Shown: positions 10,484 through 19,698 of the stretch, piece by piece
How positions within the stretch are numbered: the stretch's first letter is position 1
Layout: each line of letters starts with the position of its first letter
DNA from: a bacterium
GTDB taxonomy: Bacteria; Muiribacteriota; UBA6191
Direction: 5' to 3'
NCBI GenBank assembly: GCA_036339875.1
Contig: JAYZAC010000095.1
Coordinates: forward strand, 1 to 64,000
DNA length: 64,000 bases
Position numbers and translations under genes: made by a program
Notes under the pieces: generated by a model
The model's database searches: none
Told to the model about the DNA's origin: nothing
The model's input: the letters and a program-made list of their open reading frames with translations, nothing else

Positions 10484-13342
10484 TCATGAATTAGTTTTAA
10501 GATACATTTCGAGAACTCCAGGTAAAGAATCCAAAATTAGGTAAGTCTGTAATGGATCATCAGCTCCTTTTACTATCATTGGCTCCATCTTCTCATAATT
10601 AACTAATTCTTTTACTCCCTCAAAAGTCGATTCGTTTATCAAAATCCCGTCATGAGGTGCATTAGACTCTATCCTCGAAGCAATATTAACAGGATCGCCA
10701 AAAACATCGCCTTCTTTCATAAACACCTTACCTGTATTTAATCCAATCCTTGTATGAAGCTGTTCATTTTCAACACGTTTTGCGTTGTATCCTTTCAATG
10801 TCTTTTGGATTTCTAGACTCGCAAGTACGCCGTCAATGGGCTGTTCAAATGTATACATAAAACAGTCACCTATTTTTTTTACTAAAGTACCATTGAATTT
10901 TTCACCCACGGGCTGAATAATTTTTGAAAAATTATCTAAAAGAAGCATTATCTCGGCTATATCTGTTTCTCGACTACGTTCCGTATACCCAGCGATATCA
11001 ATAAAAAAGATTGTTAACTCCTGCATACTCTGTTCCATTTGATATCTGACTTTGTTATCCATACGATTTGAACGCATCTGTTCGAAAATCGACTCTAATC
11101 GCGCAGTCTCCTCGTCGTTATCCAGTTCAATACTCTCATCGATTGATGAAACTCGCTCACCCGTTAATTGGAATATCAATTCATCTGTTAAATCTTGATC
11201 TTTCACCGAACATTCTTCGTGAGTGAAAAATAATAAGAACTGTTGATGAATCCGAAATGACTCAATTTGTAATACCTTAAATATACTTCTCCAATTATTC
11301 CATAGGCCTGCCATCGCCATATAGCGAATCGATTTCGTAACCTCTTTCTCTTTTAGTGAGTCTAAGGATTGTTGCAGAATAACACTACCCTGCTTCTCAC
11401 CTAATTGATAAAGAACATAACCAACATCACAAATATATTCATGATTTACGTCTTTTATACAACCGTATAAAATATCCGTCAGCATTTCTTTATTTTGAAC
11501 CTCTAAATCAAGCTTAAAACCTTCATAAGCACTAAGAATCAATTCTACGGACTTAGTTGTTAAAACATAATCTGCATCTTTCAGACCTATATGAAATGCG
11601 TCTAAAGCAGCTACTGAACCTGAAGCCAATAACAGTTTGCGAACCCTATGAATCAAATTTTCTGGTAAATCACCATAACGAAGCTTTTGAATCTGAAATA
11701 AAATTCGCACCCACTCGGAATCCCTTATCTGCGGTATCTTCTCTAAAAGCAAGACGTAAATTTCAATAAACTCAGAAGGATAGGAGCTTTTGGTACTTAG
11801 TTTATCTTTAGCAAAATCTATATCTTCAGCTTGAATATCGGGTAGCTCCGCAAAAAGAACCAGTTGCTGTTTGGGCATCAATTTAGGTAATTGATCAAAG
11901 ACGAACTGTAAGCCTTGAAAACTCCCTGTTTTTACAATACAGCATAGAATCTCGCGAGCTAATTTTCCATCGTCATCCAGATTTACAACCAACTCATAAA
12001 GTGGAATCAATATTTTAGAGCATTTGTCTGTAAAAACTAGTGGCGTAATTGATACCAAAAAACTAAGACTATCTGATAGGTTATCCGCACTATCTTCAAA
12101 CTTAATTTTTCCACATTCAATTGCGAGTGAAGATCGTATCCGGGCATCTTCAGACATTATCAACTTAATCACAGGAGTTAAAAGTCTCCTCTGACGAAGA
12201 TTAAGATTCGGCTGCAGTTTCTTCAAAATAGAAAGTAAAATATTACGACGTTGCTCCTGTGGAGGATTTGTCTTTAAATATTGAATTACGACGTTTAACA
12301 AATTTGAGTTACCAACACTCTCAAAAAACTCCACAAAATCTTTTCTAGGAATATCCCCTATGTTCTTCGCACGATTTCTAAGCTTATCCTCTAAGGTTTT
12401 TCGGATATTTATAATAAGCCTCTCTATCGTTGAAGAAAGCCCCTTGCGAGCCTCTGAAGATTGACATAGATTAATCACTAGATCATTAATCAAAGAACGT
12501 CTTTGAGTCTTAAGTTCCGGATCATTATTTGTAGATAGAAGAAGCGCATTGACAACTTTAACCAACAACCCCTCATGCCCTTTTTTTATACCCTCGACGA
12601 CGTTCAATGCAAATCTGTGCTCCAGGTTGTCTGACGAGCGACTTAAAGTGGTTAATTTTTCGCATATTTTGGCATAGGATGGCTGCGACTTAACACCCGG
12701 GCAATAAATTTCAAACATTGCCTGATACAGTGCAACTGATAATTCACCAAGAGGCTCCGAAACATGCCGAGCATGATTATACAAATCTACAAACTTGCCC
12801 TCATCTTTGAAACCCTCAAAACACCTAAGTACTTGGCAAGCAAATATTTCATCATCCTCAATCTTAGAGAAATCTAGCCATAGATTAAGTAAGTGCTCAA
12901 AGTCCTGCGCTAGCGCAAGAGCTTCAATTGCTTGTGAGCGAACATCGAGTCGAGACTCTTCATATCCAGATTTTCCTCGAATAAATTGAAGTAGATTAGG
13001 GTCTAATCTAGCCACTGTCCCTGCGGCCAGTAAAACCTTCATACGCAACAAGTCCGACTTTTCTATTCTATAACAATTCTCCAGCATACTGGAATATTCG
13101 GGATCTGGGTTAATCTTTATATATTCCAAAATTTTAGACTTCACATCATCTGAAGCATTTTTATAAATAGATTGTAATTCAACATGAATATCGCCGTCTT
13201 GGGTAGCACCAAGAACTTTGAGAGCGGAGATCACTACACTTTTATCAGTGTGAAATAAATCTTTTTTAATCGTATCAGACAAATTAATCGCACGCTTTTC
13301 AACCAGCTTATGTATGGTAAGGATTGCGCGCGTTTTATTCAT
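10484..13342 (-). CDS. Class III adenylate cyclase with long N-terminal HEAT/ARM-like region
   Basis: C-terminal TIFFIDIAGYT, KKIGDCFM, RIGLNTG, DVFGDPVNIASRIES. N-terminal ~750 aa are helical with HEAT-like repeats (VVISALKVLG, VRSQAIEALA). Confidence 0.88.
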   Translation of the reverse strand: MNKTRAILTIHKLVEKRAINLSDTIKKDLFHTDKSVVISALKVLGATQDGDIHVELQSIYKNASDDVKSKILEYIKINPDPEYSSMLENCYRIEKSDLLRMKVLLAAGTVARLDPNLLQFIRGKSGYEESRLDVRSQAIEALALAQDFEHLLNLWLDFSKIEDDEIFACQVLRCFEGFKDEGKFVDLYNHARHVSEPLGELSVALYQAMFEIYCPGVKSQPSYAKICEKLTTLSRSSDNLEHRFALNVVEGIKKGHEGLLVKVVNALLLSTNNDPELKTQRRSLINDLVINLCQSSEARKGLSSTIERLIINIRKTLEDKLRNRAKNIGDIPRKDFVEFFESVGNSNLLNVVIQYLKTNPPQEQRRNILLSILKKLQPNLNLRQRRLLTPVIKLIMSEDARIRSSLAIECGKIKFEDSADNLSDSLSFLVSITPLVFTDKCSKILIPLYELVVNLDDDGKLAREILCCIVKTGSFQGLQFVFDQLPKLMPKQQLVLFAELPDIQAEDIDFAKDKLSTKSSYPSEFIEIYVLLLEKIPQIRDSEWVRILFQIQKLRYGDLPENLIHRVRKLLLASGSVAALDAFHIGLKDADYVLTTKSVELILSAYEGFKLDLEVQNKEMLTDILYGCIKDVNHEYICDVGYVLYQLGEKQGSVILQQSLDSLKEKEVTKSIRYMAMAGLWNNWRSIFKVLQIESFRIHQQFLLFFTHEECSVKDQDLTDELIFQLTGERVSSIDESIELDNDEETARLESIFEQMRSNRMDNKVRYQMEQSMQELTIFFIDIAGYTERSRETDIAEIMLLLDNFSKIIQPVGEKFNGTLVKKIGDCFMYTFEQPIDGVLASLEIQKTLKGYNAKRVENEQLHTRIGLNTGKVFMKEGDVFGDPVNIASRIESNAPHDGILINESTFEGVKELVNYEKMEPMIVKGADDPLQTYLILDSLPGVLEMYLKTNS

Positions 13343-13397
13343 TTATATACTCTAAGACTTCTCTTTGGAAATACTTCCGTAGCTGAACGGCATACAG

Positions 13398-13403
13398 TAT
13401 AAT
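13398..13403 (+). promoter_or_regulatory. Consensus -10 box (TATAAT) 7 nt before the ATG at 13411
   Basis: TATAAT-ccaatcc-ATG with no Shine-Dalgarno sequence. Confidence 0.45.
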
Positions 13404-13410
13404 CCAATCC

Positions 13411-14127
13411 ATGGATGAATTGTTTTTATTATATGCCGCATGCCTATTTCTGGGCTCGGGACTATTTATGTACTACTATCCAATCTATACCATTGCAATG
13501 CTCGTCGCAACATTAGGATTGAGCTGGCGATGGTGGTCTTCATATCAATCAAGACTAGCATTTCAAGAAGAGAAAAAGCGACGGTTAGAATTAATTGGGA
13601 AGCATCCAGAGATTGCTTCCGTTTATATCCCAGACTTTGAAAAAGATATTGATCAGAAAATAAAAAAACTAAAGACAGACTTAGAAGAAAAAGGTCAGAG
13701 TCAAGTCTTAATGATGCTGGAATCGATTGAGACAATGTTGCAAGAACGAGTTATCCCAAAAAAAACTAGTCTGAAAGAAACGCTAGACAAATATGTAACA
13801 ACCAATCATCTAGTGCTCATAGAGGAGCTAAAACACCAAAGAGAAAAACTCAATAATAACAATGATGATGAAATGGAAACTATCATTAAGCAAACCATAA
13901 GAAATCTCGAAGAGAAGCAACAAATAATGGAAGATTCTAAGAAAGAACTTATCTTTTTCTATAGCCAGCTAAAAAATATTTTACAGCAGTTGGAAAACAT
14001 GAGCTTAAAGTCATCTTTGCTAGAAGAAGATAACCAACTTTTCCTTGAACTGAAGCAAAACGTTAATGAAGCCTTCGAAGGTTTTTCTGACGCTAATTCT
14101 CTGTTAGACGATATGTCAAAGCTCTAA
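13411..14127 (+). CDS. Membrane-anchored coiled-coil protein of unknown function
   Basis: Two N-terminal hydrophobic segments followed by a long E/K/Q/L-rich heptad region. Confidence 0.75.
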   Translation: MDELFLLYAACLFLGSGLFMYYYPIYTIAMLVATLGLSWRWWSSYQSRLAFQEEKKRRLELIGKHPEIASVYIPDFEKDIDQKIKKLKTDLEEKGQSQVLMMLESIETMLQERVIPKKTSLKETLDKYVTTNHLVLIEELKHQREKLNNNNDDEMETIIKQTIRNLEEKQQIMEDSKKELIFFYSQLKNILQQLENMSLKSSLLEEDNQLFLELKQNVNEAFEGFSDANSLLDDMSKL

Positions 14128-17100
14128 AACGCTTTACTTATTTTATAGACAACCATAAGAAACATAGCGATTACTAAACCAATAACACCAAAAAGCCAAT
14201 GCTGAAAAAGTTTTACCAAAAACCACAGTGGCATAAGAAATATAATTCCAAGCCATCGCAAAAAAGTACTCGATTCTATACATTCAGCAAGAGAAGGAGC
14301 ATAACGGTAATAACTCTGTACAATTTTTTGTCCCGATTTTGAAGTCATCAAAATACTGTCGCGGAACCAAACAAAATCCTGCACAAAAGGATGCTCTAAA
14401 GAACCAAAACTAGCGGTTGCTATAAAACAACCACCGCCCCCACCGCCACCCTGGGTAGTGAATGTCGGTTGCACAGTCGTCGATACCGACGCTTGTTTTT
14501 GCAATCTCACGATAAGCTGCTCATCATCATCACCTTTATTAACGATTAATAGACTCTGACTTGATTTGGGCGGAATAATAATTGATTTATCGATTTGTTC
14601 AATTGCCTTCTGAACGGCCATACGAATAGATTCACGGTACATGACTGTATATTTATTTGGATCAAGTGCTGCCAACTTCAGAATAGATGAATTGCCCTGA
14701 CTACCAATGGTAAAGCGCTCAGATACTCTACCTTCGTTTAATAAATGAAATGAAAGAACAATAGATACATCGAATGGATTAGTAATTGTGAGAATTTTAT
14801 CTAATCTACCAGATACCGTTATAACTTCATTAACCTCTGTCTCAGTTAATAAGCTAGTTTGAGTTGCAATAGTCTGAGTTTCAGGGTCAAGATTGACAAT
14901 TTGATCAGGAGGTTGATTCACAGCAGGTGGCTCATTAATTTGCTCTTGAGATTCTACACAATCGGTTGTAACCGAAATAGCATCGCAGGGACTGAGATGA
15001 ATCTGATCCACCCATAAATTCAGTGTGAATGGTCTACCACCACCCACATCATCTATGCTCTCTTTAAGTATTCCTGTACGATTTTCAAAAACTACAGCCA
15101 ATGTTGTAGTACGAGTGTAGTCTATCGTCTTGAAAGAAAAAGTATATTCTCTAAAAGCTAGTGGATCATTTGCAGCCAACGCCTTCTTTTCCCATATAGT
15201 TTGATATTCTCCAAAACCTTTTACCCCGGAGGTATCAAAAATAGCTTTCGTAGAATGCGTAGCATAAGGATCGAAATGAGGGCTAAAAAGTTCTTGATGA
15301 AAATTATAAGTGCTTCTTACCTTATCGTGAGCATTTCCTACTTTAGATTTCGAAAAAGCAGCTTGGGAATCATTAAATTTCACGTTAGTCGTCTGCAAAC
15401 CCTGAAACATGATTACATCAGTAGCAATCCTCTCATTCGCAGAGCTTCTAGATACCTTAAATGTAGTAGTTCCGAGACGAGGTACAGAATCATCGGGCGA
15501 CAGTTTACGACTTTTGATAGTGATTGGAGTTTGATCAATTACACCATCTAATAAATCACCGGTATCATCGAATCTAAAATTCAAGTCTGATATCGCCGCT
15601 CTTTTATTTTCAAGCTTTACATATCCCAATGAATAAGTCGTTAAATTCAAACTTATCTGTGAAAGAATATTTTGCTCTTCCACCTGTTCATTATTTTCAT
15701 TTAAATCCTCTTCTTCATTGGCATTCTCGTCTTGATCTTCCACGTCGTCGCCATCGTCATTATCTTCTTCAGCTCCACCTCCAGCTCCATCGTCGACATT
15801 TCCGCCCTCAGCGTCTTCACCACCAGCTAAGACGTCTTTAACTACGCGCACAAAGTTCATTCCTTCACGCGTCCCAGTAGTTAGATTAGGATCTAATCCG
15901 GCATAAATTACATCTAAATTACTAAAGTTAAAATTGCGAATCTGAAAGCTACTACGAGGACTGTTAGATGCACTAGCTTCATCCATAAATAAAGCTGCAC
16001 CCATATCAAAATAGTAATCTTCAAACGTTCTATTATCAACTGCGATTTCGTTCTTTAAAATCTGATTAATTGCACACACTTTATCTACGGGAACCGCATC
16101 AGGAGAAGTATCGCATGACAAATCGGAATCGATTAGTTTCGGGTCAAGGATATCGTTTACATGAAAACTACGCACATCGCTTACTAATAATTGCTGTATG
16201 AAATCATCGCCTTTTCCCGGCTGAGCAAACTCTAGCTGTTCCCATGCATAGAGCAAGGTTAGAAATCCCAATCCTGCAGCAACGTCTTCCAAGCTTATAT
16301 GTTTTTCTAGCGTACTTAAAAAGGCATTCTGTTGCGCATCCTCTCGCTCCGTACCAATTTCAAAACGGAGACCAGCGGGACCCAAGTCTCGGTAAAATAA
16401 ACTCGGCAAATCAGGTAGAAAAAAGTTAGATTTAGTCAAAAAGCTATTGTGATGGAAGAGTAACCTAATTACAGGAAAGACCGTATTTTGAACGCTGAGA
16501 TCGAAGACGTTTGATACGGCTGAATCGCAAACTCCTTGGTTGAAATCCGTAACTGCCCCACAAGTATTGAATACAGGTCTATTGGTACCAGAAATGAAGA
16601 TACCTTGACCTACACCTACCCTCTGAAAAGAGAGTTCGGCAGATCCCCCTACGCGAGTAGACCTGTATGCAGTAAAATAACCTAGTGCATCTTTCAACCA
16701 ACCGTATTCATTATAAATAATTCCTGAACTCAATTCATCGCTTTCTGAATAAGAATTATGAGCTTGAAAATTCATTAATTCGTGTAGATATCTAGCAAAG
16801 TTTTGATAAAAGAAAACTTCGTTTCCATAGAGCTTTTTAGTCTTTATTTCAGAGGTATCATCACTTAATGGAGGAGCTTGAAGCATCCTAGGGTCCCAAA
16901 ATCCTAGATCTAAATAAATGATATTTCCGTAGTTACTAAGAGTATTAATACTCGAAAGGCCATTTGTACGAAGCTGATCTACGAAATTAAAATAACCTGA
17001 ACGAGCATTGATGATTGAATCCGCGCCATCATTGATATCATATAATAAAACGTTCAATACAATTCGATCTTCTTGATTTGAAAATGGCACCTCTGGAAAC

Positions 17101-17300
17101 ACAAGATCGGATTGATTCGCACGGGTTACGGACCCGACTGACTCCATGGCAACACGCACCATTTCAACCATTGTCCCAGCAATTTGAGTTAACTTAGTCG
17201 ATCTAAAAGGTGTAGCTTGATCATCATTTTGAAAAACAACCGATGCAGAGGTTATTGATAACATGCAAAGTAAGATTAATAAATGCTTAATTATTAACAT
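14124..17300 (-). CDS. Surface protein with CFI-box-CTERM-type tail and degenerate metallopeptidase-like domain
   Basis: Signal peptide (likely ATG 17300, overlapping the upstream stop). C-terminal GGGGGGGCFIATASFG...FRD...YY..AP plus TM helices. N-domain paralogous to 19699..22074 but lacks HEXXH. Confidence 0.82.
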   Translation of the reverse strand: MLIIKHLLILLCMLSITSASVVFQNDDQATPFRSTKLTQIAGTMVEMVRVAMESVGSVTRANQSDLVFPEVPFSNQEDRIVLNVLLYDINDGADSIINARSGYFNFVDQLRTNGLSSINTLSNYGNIIYLDLGFWDPRMLQAPPLSDDTSEIKTKKLYGNEVFFYQNFARYLHELMNFQAHNSYSESDELSSGIIYNEYGWLKDALGYFTAYRSTRVGGSAELSFQRVGVGQGIFISGTNRPVFNTCGAVTDFNQGVCDSAVSNVFDLSVQNTVFPVIRLLFHHNSFLTKSNFFLPDLPSLFYRDLGPAGLRFEIGTEREDAQQNAFLSTLEKHISLEDVAAGLGFLTLLYAWEQLEFAQPGKGDDFIQQLLVSDVRSFHVNDILDPKLIDSDLSCDTSPDAVPVDKVCAINQILKNEIAVDNRTFEDYYFDMGAALFMDEASASNSPRSSFQIRNFNFSNLDVIYAGLDPNLTTGTREGMNFVRVVKDVLAGGEDAEGGNVDDGAGGGAEEDNDDGDDVEDQDENANEEEDLNENNEQVEEQNILSQISLNLTTYSLGYVKLENKRAAISDLNFRFDDTGDLLDGVIDQTPITIKSRKLSPDDSVPRLGTTTFKVSRSSANERIATDVIMFQGLQTTNVKFNDSQAAFSKSKVGNAHDKVRSTYNFHQELFSPHFDPYATHSTKAIFDTSGVKGFGEYQTIWEKKALAANDPLAFREYTFSFKTIDYTRTTTLAVVFENRTGILKESIDDVGGGRPFTLNLWVDQIHLSPCDAISVTTDCVESQEQINEPPAVNQPPDQIVNLDPETQTIATQTSLLTETEVNEVITVSGRLDKILTITNPFDVSIVLSFHLLNEGRVSERFTIGSQGNSSILKLAALDPNKYTVMYRESIRMAVQKAIEQIDKSIIIPPKSSQSLLIVNKGDDDEQLIVRLQKQASVSTTVQPTFTTQGGGGGGGCFIATASFGSLEHPFVQDFVWFRDSILMTSKSGQKIVQSYYRYAPSLAECIESSTFLRWLGIIFLMPLWFLVKLFQHWLFGVIGLVIAMFLMVVYKISKAF
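15676..15826 (-). repeat. Asp/Glu/Gly/Asn-rich low-complexity coding tract
   Basis: GGEDAEGGNVDDGAGGGAEEDNDDGDDVEDQDENANEEEDLNENNEQVEEQ inside the 14124 protein. Confidence 0.75.
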
Positions 17301-19528
17301 TCGCGACCCTTCCAAAATCCAAGGTAGGCTAATGTAAAAATCAACATGAAAATCAATGGATTAATCATGATTGTAGCAAATGCTACTAGCGGAATAAGAA
17401 TTATTTGGCCAAGTACTTGTAGACTCACCGACGAAGAAATAGTTTTAGACATAATTGGAGAATTTGCGTAGTACCAAGCAACAAATTTCTGACCTAAGGA
17501 GCTAGTTAATAAGTATCTATCTCTGAATATACATAATATTCTCACAAATGGATGATTGTAATCACCGTAGGCCGCAGTCGCAATAAAACAACCACCCGCA
17601 CCACCACCTGCTAGTTTTTCATATTCCTCTTGAGATAAGATAGTGGAATTGCTACCAATAGTTGTCTGAGGGTCTTCAATTGGAAATATGTTTGAATCCA
17701 CAACATCATATGTCAATGCAATATTTACCGGAATAGTATTTTCATTCATAAATATTATCTGAGAACTAGTATATGCACTTAGTAACAAAAATCGCTCTCC
17801 AGTTACAGGAACTAAAGAATTCACTGATAATTTAATCTCTTTATGCAAATCCATACCCACTGCGGTAGTTACAACATTACGAGGCAAAGAAAGCCTTAAA
17901 GTTGAAGAGGAATTATTCGAAAATGGTAAAGAAAATACGCCACTCCCAGAAAAACTTAGATTAATAGTTCCACTAACCCCCGATGAAATAATTGTACTAA
18001 CTTGCTCAGGACTTAAAACAATCGAATTAGTATTCACACCAAATTCTCCAGTTGAATTTGGCTCTAATATTTGAGGCTCTGGATTGCTTAGATTACTGCG
18101 AACCATTTGAGTAAGAAAATCTTTGGTTTGATTATCTAGGTTTATCATCAAGACTTGTTTCTCAACTCCCGGTAAAAGTAGCTCTTTCAAATTCGTACTA
18201 CTCATCTGCTTTTCTACATAAGTGTTCCCGTTTACGTCCTGTCTAATAAGATAGATTTTACTATTTCCTAATCCGGCAGGAATTATTATCTGGATCTCGT
18301 GTTGGTCATTAATAGTGGCATTTTCTAAACGCTTTATATCAACTCCAAAAGAAGGAATGCGAGATATAAGTGAACTTGGTAGTGTATTCGCAAAATCATA
18401 GTTAATAAAACTAAATTTAGACAGATCGATAGCCGGAAATAAATACTGATTTTCTGTAGTTCTAATAATCAGAGAAAGAATGAAATTTGTATACAAATCC
18501 TCAAAAGAACCCAGATTATATTGATTCAGAACTATCTGCAAACCATCCAGACCATCTTTAGGCTGATTCATTAAGTCTCGAAAGAATCGATCTCCATCTG
18601 TAACTCTTGTTTGAAAGTTACCCCCCGCTTTGTGAAAAAGATTGGTAAAAAAGAGATAGTGAAATCCTCGAAAAGCTGGTCCATCAATATTGTCTCTCGG
18701 ATCTCTAGGATTTGAAAAAACATTTACTCTATTAATATTTTGCTCATTTAAAACATATTCTGGACGCATCGCTGATATGTTTTGGAAGTAATCGTCTAGT
18801 TCTAAAATACCTTGATTAGGACCATCAATAATTCTTGATAAAGAATTAGGGAATACCTCCTGATTCAAAAATCGATATACCATCATTTGAGCGATACCTT
18901 CTCGAATCCATTCCTCCTCAGTCGGATCTCGCTGAAATTGAGCTAATCTTGATAGGGCCCTCACTAATTCTATGTAAGTACTGCGCTTAGAAACGCCTGT
19001 ATACAACGCCGAACCTAGAGTTCCAGGATTAACATCCAAGTAAATCAAATTCATTCCATTTAAACTGGAGGTTAAACTCTGATCATTAGGATCAAAGGAA
19101 GCTCCTATGTAAGATCCTGATTCTTGAAAGTCATCCTGAAGATCTAAAAATAAAATATTCAAGCCGGGAGACGCGCTATTATTGACTTCACCTAAATTAA
19201 AAAAACTACCCTCGAGCTTGGGCATCAAAACTCGAGTCATCCAGTCTGCAAACTCATCAACTACAAACTGGCGATCAGAAGGAGACGAAAGATTTAGGCC
19301 GTTCAGCTGCTGAGAATTCCATACAGAATCCTCCACCCAAAAAGTAATGTCTAAACCAGGCCTTACGGAAGTAGAGGCTCTAACTGTTGCTGTAACTGTA
19401 TTTACCGTTGCAAGAGGCTGCGTTACCACATCAAAATCGCGCACAGAACCAACCGGTAGTGCTACAACCGGCTGTAAAACTGTGATCATCAAAATGATCA
19501 ATAATAGAAAACGAAGACAAATTTCCAC
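17294..19528 (-). CDS. Surface protein with CFI-box-CTERM-type tail and inactive metallopeptidase-like domain
   Basis: Signal peptide. C-terminal GGGAGGCFIATAAYG...FRD..L...GQ.FV.WYY..SP. RALSR aligns without gaps to HEFQH of the upstream paralog. Confidence 0.85.
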   Translation of the reverse strand: MEICLRFLLLIILMITVLQPVVALPVGSVRDFDVVTQPLATVNTVTATVRASTSVRPGLDITFWVEDSVWNSQQLNGLNLSSPSDRQFVVDEFADWMTRVLMPKLEGSFFNLGEVNNSASPGLNILFLDLQDDFQESGSYIGASFDPNDQSLTSSLNGMNLIYLDVNPGTLGSALYTGVSKRSTYIELVRALSRLAQFQRDPTEEEWIREGIAQMMVYRFLNQEVFPNSLSRIIDGPNQGILELDDYFQNISAMRPEYVLNEQNINRVNVFSNPRDPRDNIDGPAFRGFHYLFFTNLFHKAGGNFQTRVTDGDRFFRDLMNQPKDGLDGLQIVLNQYNLGSFEDLYTNFILSLIIRTTENQYLFPAIDLSKFSFINYDFANTLPSSLISRIPSFGVDIKRLENATINDQHEIQIIIPAGLGNSKIYLIRQDVNGNTYVEKQMSSTNLKELLLPGVEKQVLMINLDNQTKDFLTQMVRSNLSNPEPQILEPNSTGEFGVNTNSIVLSPEQVSTIISSGVSGTINLSFSGSGVFSLPFSNNSSSTLRLSLPRNVVTTAVGMDLHKEIKLSVNSLVPVTGERFLLLSAYTSSQIIFMNENTIPVNIALTYDVVDSNIFPIEDPQTTIGSNSTILSQEEYEKLAGGGAGGCFIATAAYGDYNHPFVRILCIFRDRYLLTSSLGQKFVAWYYANSPIMSKTISSSVSLQVLGQIILIPLVAFATIMINPLIFMLIFTLAYLGFWKGREC

Positions 19529-19698
19529 TTCTCTTTCCCATCGAACAAATAGCGTACAAATCTAACCTTTTTTGTGCTCGCAAAGTTTTTGAATTGAATA
19601 AATTGGGCTTATATGGAGATTAGTAAACCCTAATCAAGAAAAGTTTGATTAATAAGCCAGTTAGGATTCTCTGGTAGATGTCTAACTATATTTTCTTG

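Noticed and set aside
16765..16790. HELMN in the 1063-aa protein as a shifted HEXXH site
   Set aside because: The fifth residue is Asn, not His, and the register is offset from the paralog alignment. Not counted as an active site, though structure prediction should confirm.
19530..19698. c-di-GMP-I riboswitch suggested by GCAAAG
   Set aside because: The other conserved elements and stems are missing and the motif is on the non-coding strand.
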